DNA of 64,000 nt from Acidimicrobiales bacterium (GTDB lineage: Bacteria; Actinomycetota; Acidimicrobiia; Acidimicrobiales; Palsa-688). The stretch covers positions 14,661-78,660 of the forward strand of contig DASUWA010000010.1 of NCBI GenBank assembly GCA_036378675.1, read 5' to 3'. Below the pieces are notes generated by a model. That model saw only the letters and a list, made by a program, of their open reading frames with translations. It searched no databases and was not told the origin of the DNA. A program made the translations under genes and the position numbers. Numbering within the stretch: the first letter of the stretch is position 1; each line of letters begins with the position of its first letter. Positions 8,543-17,982 of this stretch are shown in pieces.

Positions 8543-10750
8543 TCAGCCGGTAGCGGGATGGGTGGGTGTCGACCCGTCGGGGGCGAGCAGGTCGAATCCG
8601 TCGGGAGTGTTGAGGTAACCCGGCCCGGTACCGGGAGTGTCGGTTGATCCGTACTGCCAGACCAGCGCCCCAGTCGGGGGGTCGAAGGCAACCATGCGGT
8701 CCCGGTAGTCGTCGTTGGTCATGAACACGCCGCTCGGTAGCAGCTCGGTCAGCGAGGGCTGGTTCATTCGGCCGAGCCCGCTCGTGGGCTGAAGGCGGTA
8801 AAGGATCTGGCCTTCGCGGTTGAACTCGTCGATGGCGCCGCCTGGGACCTGGGCGTAGTCGGACACCAGGTAAAGATCGGCTCCGAGTTGCTGGGGGTCC
8901 GAGGGATAGTGCAGGTCGAGGTGGGTGGTCCACACCAGCTGGCCGGTCTTGGTGTACTCGGAGATCCACTGCCCTTGGATCTCCGATACCAGGTAGTTCC
9001 CGTCGGCGAGCGGCGTGTCGCCGTTGGGTTCTGCCAGTCCCGTGGGGGGCTGGTGCGTGCATCCGCCGGTCTTTCCTATCTGGCTCGAGATTGCCTTGTC
9101 GGGGCTGATGAACAAGATGCGGCAGTTACGGTCGTCGGCGACGGTGACTTCTCCGTCCTTTAGGACGTATGCGTCGTCGGGCCAGCTGAGAAAGCCGGGC
9201 GCTGATCCTGGCTGCAGGGGATGACCGTACTGCCACAGCAGCTGACCGCTCGGGAACGAGATGATTACGAGGGTGTGGTTGCGTTCCTGATTGGAGACGA
9301 TCTCGGTTCCGTTCTTGGCGAAGAACGCGTCGTCGGGGAAGTAGAAGCCGCCCGGTGGTGCCGCGGCGAACACAGACGGGTAGGTCCAGCCGACCTGGTC
9401 ACCCGGGGATAGGAGGAGCAGGCGGTCGTTGCCACGGTCGGCGATGAGGAGCTTGTAGCCGAAGTACGGTGAGCCGGCACCTGGTTCGCCGGCGGGACCG
9501 AAACGCGGATTGGGCACGAGCATTTCCACGTTGCCGACTGGACGCCCATTGTTCTCCCCGCCCACTATCCATGCGCGCCCGTAGGTGACGGCAGTCCCGG
9601 CGTATGCGACAGGCACCGGCAGCTTGCCTGCAGCCAGCGCACGGTTGGCTTTTGTGTCCCACGCCCAGACCGCGTCTGTTGCACTAGATGAGAGCTTCGC
9701 CGGCGCTCCCACCGTCGCGCCGGGTGTATTGCTGACACCTCCTGCGAGATAGATACGTCCGTCGATCGCTGCAGCTGTCGCGCCTGCCAGAGGCTGAGCG
9801 AGAGCACCGACGACCGTGGTCTTTTTGCTGGACGGATCGAATGCCTGCACGAGTGAGACGGCTGCACCGTCGCTCGGACCGCCGACCGCCTCGCCGCCGA
9901 AGACATAGATGCGTCCACCGGCGACGGCGACCGCCGCGTACCGAACCGGCGTCTGCAGTCGTCCCGCGACGGAGAACTGCTTCCCGTCCGTCGTACTCCA
10001 GATATCCGGGTCGGGGTTGGCACCGTCGTAGCCCCCCACGATGTATGTGGTGTTTCCGATCGTTACTGCGGAATGGTCGGACCGGGGCCGGGGGAGGTTG
10101 GCGACCGCCGAAGCCCCTATCGGCGATGCAGCGGTTGCGGTCGTGGACGCGCCGGTGATGACCACCGGTGGGTTGCCCGGAACGGCTGCACCGACAGACG
10201 GACCGTTGCCCGTTCCAGGAGCGAGCCAGGTCGCGGGCGGCGGCGTCGGGCTGCCAGCCCCGGGTTGGGCTTGGAACTGCTGAACTCCCGAGCCTGTGGT
10301 CGGGGATCCTCCGCCGAACAGCTCGACGCTTCCCCCAATGACCGCACCTGCCGAGTCGTGGATCCCGCTTGCGAGGTGGCCGACGACCGTTTTGTTACCG
10401 GTGGTGACGTCGATCGAGAAGATCGTCGCCGTGGAGGACTGGGCGGTGTTGAGCCCGCCTGCTACCAGGAGAGTGTTTCCTCCGCCAGGAAGAACAACCT
10501 CTCTCGAAAGTGCCGATCCGAGGCTCCAGGGCAGCAGTCCGACTTCGGCGGAGGGGATGGTTTGCGCGGCGGTCGTGTCCGAGCCACCGTTCTTGGTCGC
10601 CGGGGTGCCCCGGCGATTGGATCCGTCGGGCGAGACAAGAAGATAAACGACCAGCGCGAAGCCGAGTGCCGCCCCGAGAACGGTGAAACGTCGCCTGCGA
10701 AACGTTGCTGGTGTCGGGCTCCGCCGGCCCGGTCGGGGGGGATTGGTCAT
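8543..10750 (-). CDS. Membrane-anchored extracytoplasmic protein: Kelch-repeat propeller plus a second propeller-like (ASST/NHL-like) domain
   Basis: 735-aa ORF with one N-terminal TM (FTVLGAALGFALVVYLLV). Kelch-type blades (LPRPRSDHSAVTIGNTTYIVGGYDG, GRIYVFGGE, GRIYLAGGV, GRAWIVGGEN). The C-terminal half has repeated hydrophobic-W/Y blades (LLIADRGNDRLLLL..., LLWQYGH, LVWTTHL, LVWQYGS). Confidence 0.7.
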   Translation of the reverse strand: MTNPPRPGRRSPTPATFRRRRFTVLGAALGFALVVYLLVSPDGSNRRGTPATKNGGSDTTAAQTIPSAEVGLLPWSLGSALSREVVLPGGGNTLLVAGGLNTAQSSTATIFSIDVTTGNKTVVGHLASGIHDSAGAVIGGSVELFGGGSPTTGSGVQQFQAQPGAGSPTPPPATWLAPGTGNGPSVGAAVPGNPPVVITGASTTATAASPIGASAVANLPRPRSDHSAVTIGNTTYIVGGYDGANPDPDIWSTTDGKQFSVAGRLQTPVRYAAVAVAGGRIYVFGGEAVGGPSDGAAVSLVQAFDPSSKKTTVVGALAQPLAGATAAAIDGRIYLAGGVSNTPGATVGAPAKLSSSATDAVWAWDTKANRALAAGKLPVPVAYAGTAVTYGRAWIVGGENNGRPVGNVEMLVPNPRFGPAGEPGAGSPYFGYKLLIADRGNDRLLLLSPGDQVGWTYPSVFAAAPPGGFYFPDDAFFAKNGTEIVSNQERNHTLVIISFPSGQLLWQYGHPLQPGSAPGFLSWPDDAYVLKDGEVTVADDRNCRILFISPDKAISSQIGKTGGCTHQPPTGLAEPNGDTPLADGNYLVSEIQGQWISEYTKTGQLVWTTHLDLHYPSDPQQLGADLYLVSDYAQVPGGAIDEFNREGQILYRLQPTSGLGRMNQPSLTELLPSGVFMTNDDYRDRMVAFDPPTGALVWQYGSTDTPGTGPGYLNTPDGFDLLAPDGSTPTHPATG

Positions 10751-10837
10751 CTCCGATGGCGAGCCTATTTGAGAGGAGGGGTTGGGCTAGGTGCGGGCGC
10801 GACTTGCTGTTGACGGCGGGGCTATTAGCTTTTCGGT

Positions 10838-11728
10838 GTGCCGATCCCGGGCCGGCTGGCGGCAGTTGTCTGCGCTGTCAGCCTGGTTTGCCTGGTTGGG
10901 TGCAGCTCCCGGACCGGCGGGATCTCTGGATTCCGCTCGAGCGCGACGATCGCACCGCCATCAGAGCAGGACCTCTCCGAAGTGGTTTCCGCAGCGCGGT
11001 CGACCCTCGGGAGCCGCAGCGCAATCTCGGTACGGTTGGATTCGGCCGCCGTGTTCGGGGGAGCCCCGAAACCGATCGGTGGTGGGGGCCTCTTCGATTT
11101 CGGGGCCAGCCGGGGACAGGTCGAGCTGAGCCGCCCGATCGGAACAGAACGGGTCATCTTCTTCCCGGAATCGGTATTTGTCGCTCAACCGCAGCCCGGT
11201 GCGCTCCTGCCCGCCGGAAAGGTTTGGATCTCGGCGGGATTGACGGAGCAGTCATTGGCGACGAACTTCCCGCAGTTCGTGACCCAGGTGGAGAGCCTCA
11301 ACCCCGGGCTGCTCTTGTCCGAGGTCGAGTGGGGCGCGACGTCCGCGGCGCCGATCGGGTACGGCGCGAACGCAGGGTCGCGCCAGTTCTCCGTCAGCGT
11401 TGACCTGACGAAGGCGCAGTCGGAGGCCGCTGGGCCTTCCGGTGACGCGTTCCGGCGCGCGATCGGCTACCAGCTGATCGAGATGAGTGGCACATCGGTG
11501 CCAACGCAGATCACTGTCGACGTAGAAATCGACTCGGGTGGAAAGGTGGTGCTGCTCCGTAGTTCGCCCGCGGGGGCGGGCCTCGGAACGGTGACCGTGG
11601 TCCTTTCCCAGTTTGGGGCGAAGGTGAACGTGGGCCAGCCGCCCCGCGCCACCGTGGCCGACATCTCCTCGCTGGCACCCGGAGGCGAGCGGGAGAACGC
11701 CGGCGGAGGGGATTCCGATGGGGCCTGA
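10838..11728 (+). CDS. Putative lipoprotein, function unknown (LolA/LppX-like fold suspected only)
   Basis: 296-aa ORF with signal peptide and lipobox AVSLVCLVGC-SS. Its end overlaps the start of the ABC ATPase gene by 11 nt. Confidence 0.6.
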   Translation: MPIPGRLAAVVCAVSLVCLVGCSSRTGGISGFRSSATIAPPSEQDLSEVVSAARSTLGSRSAISVRLDSAAVFGGAPKPIGGGGLFDFGASRGQVELSRPIGTERVIFFPESVFVAQPQPGALLPAGKVWISAGLTEQSLATNFPQFVTQVESLNPGLLLSEVEWGATSAAPIGYGANAGSRQFSVSVDLTKAQSEAAGPSGDAFRRAIGYQLIEMSGTSVPTQITVDVEIDSGGKVVLLRSSPAGAGLGTVTVVLSQFGAKVNVGQPPRATVADISSLAPGGERENAGGGDSDGA

Positions 11729-12512
11729 TCTGCAGACACGCGGGATGGCCGACCCGGTGGTCTCGATGCGCTCGGTGAGCAAAGCGTTGGGCCGCGGAGT
11801 TGTCGCTCTCGACGGAGTAGACCTCACCGTGTTTTCCCGCCAGACGATGGGTTTGGCCGGGCCGAACGGCGCCGGGAAATCCACGCTTTTGAGGGTTCTC
11901 CTGGGTCTGGTCAAGCCGACTTCCGGGTCAGCCGAGCTGTTCGGTAGTCCGGTATCCGCAGGAGCCGAAGCGCTCCGGCGAGTGGGAACTCTCGTGGACG
12001 GTCCCGGGTTCCTTCCCTACCTGAGCGGACGGAAGAACCTCGAGCTGGCGGTCCGTTCGTCGGGAAAGGCGATCACCGGCGATGAGTTCGAGTCAGCCTT
12101 AACCGGCAGCGGACTTGGCCCGGCTCTGGATCGCCCCTACCGCACCTACTCGCACGGGATGCGTTACCGCCTCGGTCTCGCCCAGGCGACGATCGGCGAC
12201 CCTGACCTGCTTGTTCTCGACGAACCCACCACGGGACTCGATCCGGGCCACGCCGAGGAGGTCGTTGCTGCACTCGTCACTGCGGCCCAGAAGGGAACGA
12301 CCATGCTGCTTTCAAGTCACGAACTGCCGCTTCTCGAGCGAGTGTGCACCGATGTCACGTTTCTGAACGAGGGGCGGGTCGTGCTCGCGGGGACTGTCCG
12401 GGGGCTGATCGAATCCGATGGGTCTCTGCACAGCGCGTATCTACGCGCCCTTGGCGCTCGGGTCGAAGGCGTGGTGTCCGCAGAGGCAGCTTCCGACGCG
12501 TCTGGTTCGTGA
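11718..12512 (+). CDS. ABC transporter ATP-binding protein (ABC-2 exporter type)
   Basis: 264-aa ORF with Walker A GPNGAGKST, signature YSHGMRYRLGLA, Walker B LLVLDEPTTGLD and GGAGGGG upstream of the ATG. Confidence 0.85.
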   Translation: MGPDLQTRGMADPVVSMRSVSKALGRGVVALDGVDLTVFSRQTMGLAGPNGAGKSTLLRVLLGLVKPTSGSAELFGSPVSAGAEALRRVGTLVDGPGFLPYLSGRKNLELAVRSSGKAITGDEFESALTGSGLGPALDRPYRTYSHGMRYRLGLAQATIGDPDLLVLDEPTTGLDPGHAEEVVAALVTAAQKGTTMLLSSHELPLLERVCTDVTFLNEGRVVLAGTVRGLIESDGSLHSAYLRALGARVEGVVSAEAASDASGS

Positions 12513-12525
12513 TCGAAAGACCATC

Positions 12526-13362
12526 GTGATCGCAGAAGAGTGGACGACTCAGTGGACCCGACGGCGCACACTGATTCTGGTCGTTGCGACGGCCTTGTTC
12601 CCGGTCGTGATGACAATCGCGATCGTCGCCAGTGGGTCCAGCCAGGTCGACCGAGTCGGCGACATCCCTCTCGTGATCGTTCCGCACCGGTCGGGTCTCG
12701 CGGTTCCGCTGATCGCCCTGTCGAGCACGATGAGATTCTTCCTCCCGCTTGCTGTGGCTGTCGTAGCAGGGGAATGCATCGCCGGGGAAGCCAGCACGGG
12801 CCGCCTCCGCTACGCGCTCGCGGGGCCCGTATCGAGGACCCGTTACCTGGCCGTCAAGACCTTGGTCGCGGCGTCGATCTCGGCCGCGTTGGTGGCGGTC
12901 CTACTCATCGCCGCGACAGCCTCGGGGCTGCTTGCGTTCGGATGGCACCCTCTTACCGCGGTCGACGGCGACCAAACCTCGGCCCCGTCCGTCGCCACCT
13001 TTTCGGAGTGGGACAGCCTGGGGAAGCTGGCGATAGGAACCGCCTACATCGCAGCAGGGATGGCCAGCATCTTCGCCTTCGCTCTCCTTCTCTCGACCCT
13101 GACCACAAGGCCCTTCGTCGCGGTGGCCGGGGGTGCCGCCCTTAGCGTCGTGTCCCGGGTTTTCAACGCGGACTACCTGCCCGGCGTGAACCTGATCGGC
13201 CGCTACATGCCCAACAACGACATCGATCTGTGGCAGCACCTCTTCTCCAGCCCGCCGGGCAGCGCCGGTATGGGGCGCTTCCTCATCCTGCAGGTTGGAT
13301 ACGTCGCGGTGTTCGCAACGGTGGGCTGGAGATTGTTCAATCGTCGAGACGTGCTGGTGTGA
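12526..13362 (+). CDS. ABC-2 type transporter permease
   Basis: Polytopic hydrophobic ORF (frame of 12418-13362). Start trimmed to the GTG at 12526, just after the ATPase stop. The start is uncertain. Confidence 0.65.
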   Translation: MIAEEWTTQWTRRRTLILVVATALFPVVMTIAIVASGSSQVDRVGDIPLVIVPHRSGLAVPLIALSSTMRFFLPLAVAVVAGECIAGEASTGRLRYALAGPVSRTRYLAVKTLVAASISAALVAVLLIAATASGLLAFGWHPLTAVDGDQTSAPSVATFSEWDSLGKLAIGTAYIAAGMASIFAFALLLSTLTTRPFVAVAGGAALSVVSRVFNADYLPGVNLIGRYMPNNDIDLWQHLFSSPPGSAGMGRFLILQVGYVAVFATVGWRLFNRRDVLV

Positions 13363-13366
13363 TGAA

Positions 13367-14230
13367 TTGACCCCGTTCGCCAGTCCGCGCGCGTTGCGAG
13401 TTGAGCTCGCCAAGCAGGTGACGCGACCCCGCACCGCGGGAGTTCTGGTGGCGGTGTCCGCGGTGGCGGCGACGATCTGCGGCTTGATAGCCGCCTATCG
13501 GGGAGCGTCCCCTGAACGGATCGGTGACTGGGGCTCCGTAGTTCCTGACTCGAGCGGCATAGCTCTGGCGCTAGTTGCTGTCAACGCGTTGACTCTGCTC
13601 GCTTACCCCGTTATCGCCTGCGTGTTCGCCGGAGACTCAGTGGCCGGCGAAGCTGCGTCGGGGTCACTCCGATATCTCCTCGCGCGACCGGTTCCCCGCT
13701 GGCGAATCCTCGCCTCCAAGATCGGCGTAGCAACTGGCCTAACCGTGGTGACGATCGCGGTGTCGGTTCTGGTCGCGTTCGTCATCGGTCTCGCCGCATA
13801 CGGTTGGCATTCTCTGCCGGTGACGGATCTCCGACACTCCACCGCCTTCCAGCTCGCCGGGGCAGTCTTCGGCGCCGCGCAAACATTGTGGCGCCTCTTG
13901 CTCGTGGTCAGCGTCGTGCTCGCCTCGACTGCAGCGGTGTTCGCGTTCTCGTTCTTTCTGTCGACTATCACCGAGTACTCGTTCGCCGCGATCGCCGGCG
14001 GCATCGGTTTCGTGTTCACGTCGCGAGCGCTCGACAATATCCCCGGACTTCATTCGCTATCCCCGTGGCTCCCCGTGACAGACGCAGGGACCACCGCGTG
14101 GGCCGGCCTGCTGGATCAGCCCATCCAGACCGGCCCGATCACCCGCCTCCTGATCGTTCAGGGCGCATACACGGCCACCCTGTTGGCAGTAGCCGCTAGC
14201 CGGTTCTCGCGAGCTGACATACTCAGCTAA
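13367..14230 (+). CDS. ABC-2 type transporter permease (second paralogous subunit)
   Basis: Similar in length and hydropathy to the preceding permease (shared GE.ASG.LRY.LA.PV.R motif). Start trimmed to the TTG at 13367, 5 nt after the upstream stop. The start is uncertain. Confidence 0.65.
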   Translation: MTPFASPRALRVELAKQVTRPRTAGVLVAVSAVAATICGLIAAYRGASPERIGDWGSVVPDSSGIALALVAVNALTLLAYPVIACVFAGDSVAGEAASGSLRYLLARPVPRWRILASKIGVATGLTVVTIAVSVLVAFVIGLAAYGWHSLPVTDLRHSTAFQLAGAVFGAAQTLWRLLLVVSVVLASTAAVFAFSFFLSTITEYSFAAIAGGIGFVFTSRALDNIPGLHSLSPWLPVTDAGTTAWAGLLDQPIQTGPITRLLIVQGAYTATLLAVAASRFSRADILS

Positions 14231-14261
14231 CAGAGGCACAGCCAGCTAACAGAGGCACAGC
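14224..14261 (+). repeat. Perfect 19-nt tandem duplication spanning the permease stop codon
   Basis: cagctaacagaggcacagc occurs twice (14224-14242 and 14243-14261). The first copy contains the TAA stop at 14228-14230. Confidence 0.9.
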
Positions 14262-14393
14262 GAGGGACTCGGTGACAGGCGCTTCGCCCTCCTCGAGTTG
14301 CCAACGACACTCCTATGGCCTAGGTCCGCGGAAGCCGTGCTACCTGGCGGCGCCCGGCATAGGGGTGTCCGGGCGCCGCTCGGGTCGAGGGGC

Positions 14394-15362
14394 TTACAGG
14401 TTGAACGCTGCGGTCATGGTCGGGTAGGCGGCCGCTTGTCCGAGGGCGGGCAGACCAAGGAGTTGTTCCTCGGTGCCGAGCAGGGAGTAATGGTTGAACA
14501 ACGTGGCCGAGGTGGTTCCGGCGGCGGTGGTGGGGCTGGCGACGATGGTTGCGACGTGGCAGCCGACATCGGTGGTGTTGGCGGCGCAGTCGTTGCTGGA
14601 GCCGCCTTCGCCTTCGTCCCAGGTGACGAATACAGCAGTGGTCCCGGCCAAGTATTCGGGGCTGTTGAAGATGGTGGGCAGGTTGTTGGCCAGCCAGGTG
14701 TCGCCTTGGGCGATGGTCCCGTCGTGCATGTCATCGATCAGGTTGGGGGTGACGAAGGAGAAGGCCGGGAGGGTGTTGTTGGCCAGGTCGGTCGCGAGCT
14801 GGGTGTAGGGCACGTCGTTGGTAGCACAACCAGCGAGGGTGGTGTAGTACGGGGGCGGGTTGTGGCGTACTGCGTATTCTCCCGAGTTGGATGGATCACA
14901 GCTGGTGGGCATCGACTCTTCGTAGGCTTTCCAGGTTTCGCCTTGACCGAAGATGCTCGGGGCTGAGGTACTGCAGCGTTTGGAGGGGCTGCAGTCCTTG
15001 TCGAATTTGGTCAACGAGCTGAGTGCCAGGCCGGAGGTGCCGGCGACGTAGTTGGGCAGGCTGGGGTGGCTGATGTTGTGATAGTTGGTCGCCAGCCCGC
15101 ACTGGCTTGCCAAGGTGTTGATATACGGGGCTTGGGAGGAGCCGATGATGGTGTCGTAGCTGTGGTTCTCCATCCATACCCAGATCACATGGCTGTAGGC
15201 AGGGGCCGCGCTCGAGGTTCCGCATGGGCCGCCGGTAGCCGCCGTGACCGCGGGTGACGGTGTGGTCGGGGCGGCCCCAGCCGACGACACGACGCCTGAA
15301 ACACCGAGGGTCGATGTCATGGTCAATGCGCCGGCCGAGGTGAGCAGTTTTTTCATGTTCAT
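14394..15362 (-). CDS. Secreted phosphoesterase family protein (PLC / acid phosphatase AcpA superfamily)
   Basis: Trimmed from ORF 14394-15593 to the ATG at 15362 (MNMKKLL...), preceded by GGAGGA. Has a signal peptide and the motifs WMENHSYD, HPSLPNY and NLIDDMHDG. Confidence 0.8.
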   Translation of the reverse strand: MNMKKLLTSAGALTMTSTLGVSGVVSSAGAAPTTPSPAVTAATGGPCGTSSAAPAYSHVIWVWMENHSYDTIIGSSQAPYINTLASQCGLATNYHNISHPSLPNYVAGTSGLALSSLTKFDKDCSPSKRCSTSAPSIFGQGETWKAYEESMPTSCDPSNSGEYAVRHNPPPYYTTLAGCATNDVPYTQLATDLANNTLPAFSFVTPNLIDDMHDGTIAQGDTWLANNLPTIFNSPEYLAGTTAVFVTWDEGEGGSSNDCAANTTDVGCHVATIVASPTTAAGTTSATLFNHYSLLGTEEQLLGLPALGQAAAYPTMTAAFNL

Positions 15363-15448
15363 CTTCAATTGGGGTCCTCCTTTGAGTTGGGGATTGGCGG
15401 CCCCCTGTGCCGTCTTCCGGGGGCCGCCTTGGGGGTCGCGGGGGTGCG

Positions 15449-17602
15449 TCAGCAGTGGTGGGCGATGAGGGTGGAGTTGTTGGCTTTGTTGCTGGTCACC
15501 CCGACCGCCCAGATGCCACCGCCGGGTACTGCGGTGATGCCGGCGAAGCCGTTGGACCCGCTGCCAGGGTTGGGCGTGGCGTCGATGGTCCATTGGCCAC
15601 CTATGCCGTGGAGGATCTCGCTGAGGTAGACGCCCGTGTTGGGATCTACCGACCAGCCCGCCGCGTAGGTGGAGCCGTCGGCGGCGGTGGTTGCGGCATA
15701 CAGGTTGTTCTCACCGGTAGCGTTGGGGGTGGTCTGCAAGCTCAAGCTGGCCGGTGCGCCGGTGGCCACGAATGTGGTGAACGGTGCGGTATCACTCCCC
15801 CGGTTACCGACGACAGCCAGGGTGCTGTCGTTGCCAGTGACCGCGTAGGCCATCAGGCTCTCGGTGGGATCGGCCGGCGCGGTGAGCACCGACCACTTGG
15901 ATCCGTCCCAGTGCTCGATGAGCGCCTTGTCCGGGAAGCCCGACCCGGAGCGCTCGCCGACGGCGTACACGCTGTTGGGCGACGCCGCCTTGATCCCGAA
16001 GAACAGGTTGCCGCCGCTGTCGGGATCCACGGAGGGCACTGCCGACCAGGTGTTGCCGTCCCAGTGCTCGGCGAGGGTGTGCCAGGTGCCATTGGCGTCC
16101 ATCTGCGCACCCACAGCCCACACGTCGGTGTCGGAGATCGCTCCGACTGAGTAGAGGATGTTGCGTTGGGTGCCGGGGGAGGGGCTGGGGATGACGGACC
16201 AGGTGGTGCCGTCGTAGTGCTCGATGAGGGTCTGGTCGACGTAGTTGGCGTTGGTGTAGTAGCCGACCGCCCAGGTGTGCCCGGTGGACAGCTCAGAGAC
16301 TCCGAACAGGGTGTTCTGATTGGAGCCGACATTGGGTAGCCCGTACTCGGTCCAAGCTTTCCCGTCCCAGTGTTCGGCCATGGTGGCGAACACGTTGGGG
16401 TTGGTCGACGCGTAGTAGTTGCCGACCGCCCAGGCGTCGCTGGGGGAGGCGGCCGAGACGGAGTCGAGGTTGTTGTCGAGATTCCCCACGCTGGGACTGG
16501 GTACCTGGTTCCAGCCGCCGGTGCAGCTCAGCGACCCAGAGGTGCCTTTGCCCAGTGTGGTGGTTGGCGAGATCGAGTTGTCGCCGTTGGGGGGAGTGTT
16601 GTACGGCGGCGGCAGCGTCGGGGTGGTGGTCGACCCGGTGATCTGGAAGAGCGGGGTCATCGGCTTCGCGCCGCAGCTGTTGAGCAGACAGCCCAACCCG
16701 AAGGCTTGTTGCAAGCTGGCGAGCAGGTTGTAGTGGTTGTAGGAGGTGTTGTCCTTTACGCCTCGTGGGCCGTGGTTGGTGACCACGATGTTGGCGGTCT
16801 TGCTGGTCGCAGAACTGCCCTCGTCGAAGGTGATGTCGATCGCGGTGTTGCCCGTGGTCCACACCGACGAGGACGTGATCTCGTTGACGACTTGGCCGAC
16901 GAACGCGTCGCCGGTCGCGGTCAACCATGTGTCCTCGACGCTCTTGCCGTTGCCCGAGTCCACGCAATAGGGGGGCGCGCCGTGCATGTCGTGACACATG
17001 TCGGGCACGATGTAGCTGAGGTTGGGAACCTGTCCCGACGCCAGGTCAGCGCTCAACTGTTGCATCGGGGTCATCTTGGCCAGCTCGGCAGGGGCCTGCA
17101 GGTTGGCGAAGTTGACGATCCCGTTGTGCTTGGAGGCGTACAGCGGGTCGCTATCAGGGATCCCGATACATTTCTCGGGATAGCAGTAGCCCTTGTATCC
17201 GGCGTAGGGCAGGCCGCCCAGATACCCCTTCCAGGTCTTGCCCGCTGCCTCCAGCTGTGACATCAGGTTCTGCGCGTTCTGGGTGTGGCCGGGCCAGAAG
17301 TACGGGTTGTCATCGGAGAGGCCGAACGTGCTACCAGCGAGCATCCCCACGTAGTTGGGTTCGCTCGGATCGCCGACGCCGGTGTAGTTGGTCGCCAACC
17401 CGTAGTCGTTGGCCAAAGCGTTCAGCTCGGGAGCAGCCGGGTTGTTGATCAAACTGGTGAGCGTTTGGTTCTCGAGGATGATCGTAAAGACGTGGTCATA
17501 TCTCGGGAACGAAGAGGCAGCAGCGGGCCTCGCCGCGCTGACGACGACCGACGAGACCGCTGCGCACACCCCCAGAACAATTGGCAGGACGCGTTTCATC
17601 AA
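15449..17602 (-). CDS. Secreted phosphoesterase domain fused to a C-terminal repeat (beta-propeller-like) domain
   Basis: 717-aa ORF with signal peptide MMKRVLPIVLGVCAAV...AAA. The N-terminal half has ILENQT, DPSEPNY and VPDMCHDMHG. The C-terminal approximately 330 aa carries at least 5 repeats of the type (A/I)EHWDG.xW(S/T)..P. Confidence 0.8.
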   Translation of the reverse strand: MMKRVLPIVLGVCAAVSSVVVSAARPAAASSFPRYDHVFTIILENQTLTSLINNPAAPELNALANDYGLATNYTGVGDPSEPNYVGMLAGSTFGLSDDNPYFWPGHTQNAQNLMSQLEAAGKTWKGYLGGLPYAGYKGYCYPEKCIGIPDSDPLYASKHNGIVNFANLQAPAELAKMTPMQQLSADLASGQVPNLSYIVPDMCHDMHGAPPYCVDSGNGKSVEDTWLTATGDAFVGQVVNEITSSSVWTTGNTAIDITFDEGSSATSKTANIVVTNHGPRGVKDNTSYNHYNLLASLQQAFGLGCLLNSCGAKPMTPLFQITGSTTTPTLPPPYNTPPNGDNSISPTTTLGKGTSGSLSCTGGWNQVPSPSVGNLDNNLDSVSAASPSDAWAVGNYYASTNPNVFATMAEHWDGKAWTEYGLPNVGSNQNTLFGVSELSTGHTWAVGYYTNANYVDQTLIEHYDGTTWSVIPSPSPGTQRNILYSVGAISDTDVWAVGAQMDANGTWHTLAEHWDGNTWSAVPSVDPDSGGNLFFGIKAASPNSVYAVGERSGSGFPDKALIEHWDGSKWSVLTAPADPTESLMAYAVTGNDSTLAVVGNRGSDTAPFTTFVATGAPASLSLQTTPNATGENNLYAATTAADGSTYAAGWSVDPNTGVYLSEILHGIGGQWTIDATPNPGSGSNGFAGITAVPGGGIWAVGVTSNKANNSTLIAHHC

Positions 17603-17856
17603 ACCTCCAAATGATCGGCAGGATTCGTCTCCTATCTGGCAGAGACACCGACGCGTTCAGCCGGTCGCCGGCGACTCAAAGACCGCTCTTCCCACCGCCC
17701 GTGAACATGGATCAACCAGGACGGTAAGCCTCCCTGAACTTCGTGCAAACCGACGGGGCGGCGCACAGCGCTGAGAGGTGCCGCGCACTTCCTCTTAGCC
17801 GAGGTTGGCGATCACACCACTGATGCTCTGCGCGTAGGAGGCCCCGCGGCTGCTCT

Positions 17857-17904
17857 AAGTGAAGACGATCGGATTCGAACCGACGACCCCCTGCTTGCAA
17901 AGCA
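17857..17904 (-). repeat. 48-nt copy (1 mismatch) of the 3' half of tRNA-Ala; att-like direct repeat
   Basis: 17857-17904 aligns with 21226-21273 (anticodon loop to 3' end of the intact tRNA plus 3 nt) with one mismatch (17862 a versus 21231 g). Beyond that point the sequences diverge. Confidence 0.85.
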
Positions 17905-17982
17905 TCCCGCAGTCAAAGGTGTGCAAACGGGCCGCTCAGGCATCGGATGGCGGAACGCTGTGCGAGCAGTTATCGGGTCTAG

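Noticed and set aside
17712-17900. The 62-aa minus-strand ORF overlapping the tRNA-Ala fragment.
   Set aside because: It is made largely of tRNA-derived and intergenic sequence, has no RBS and poor coding signal. It is most likely spurious.
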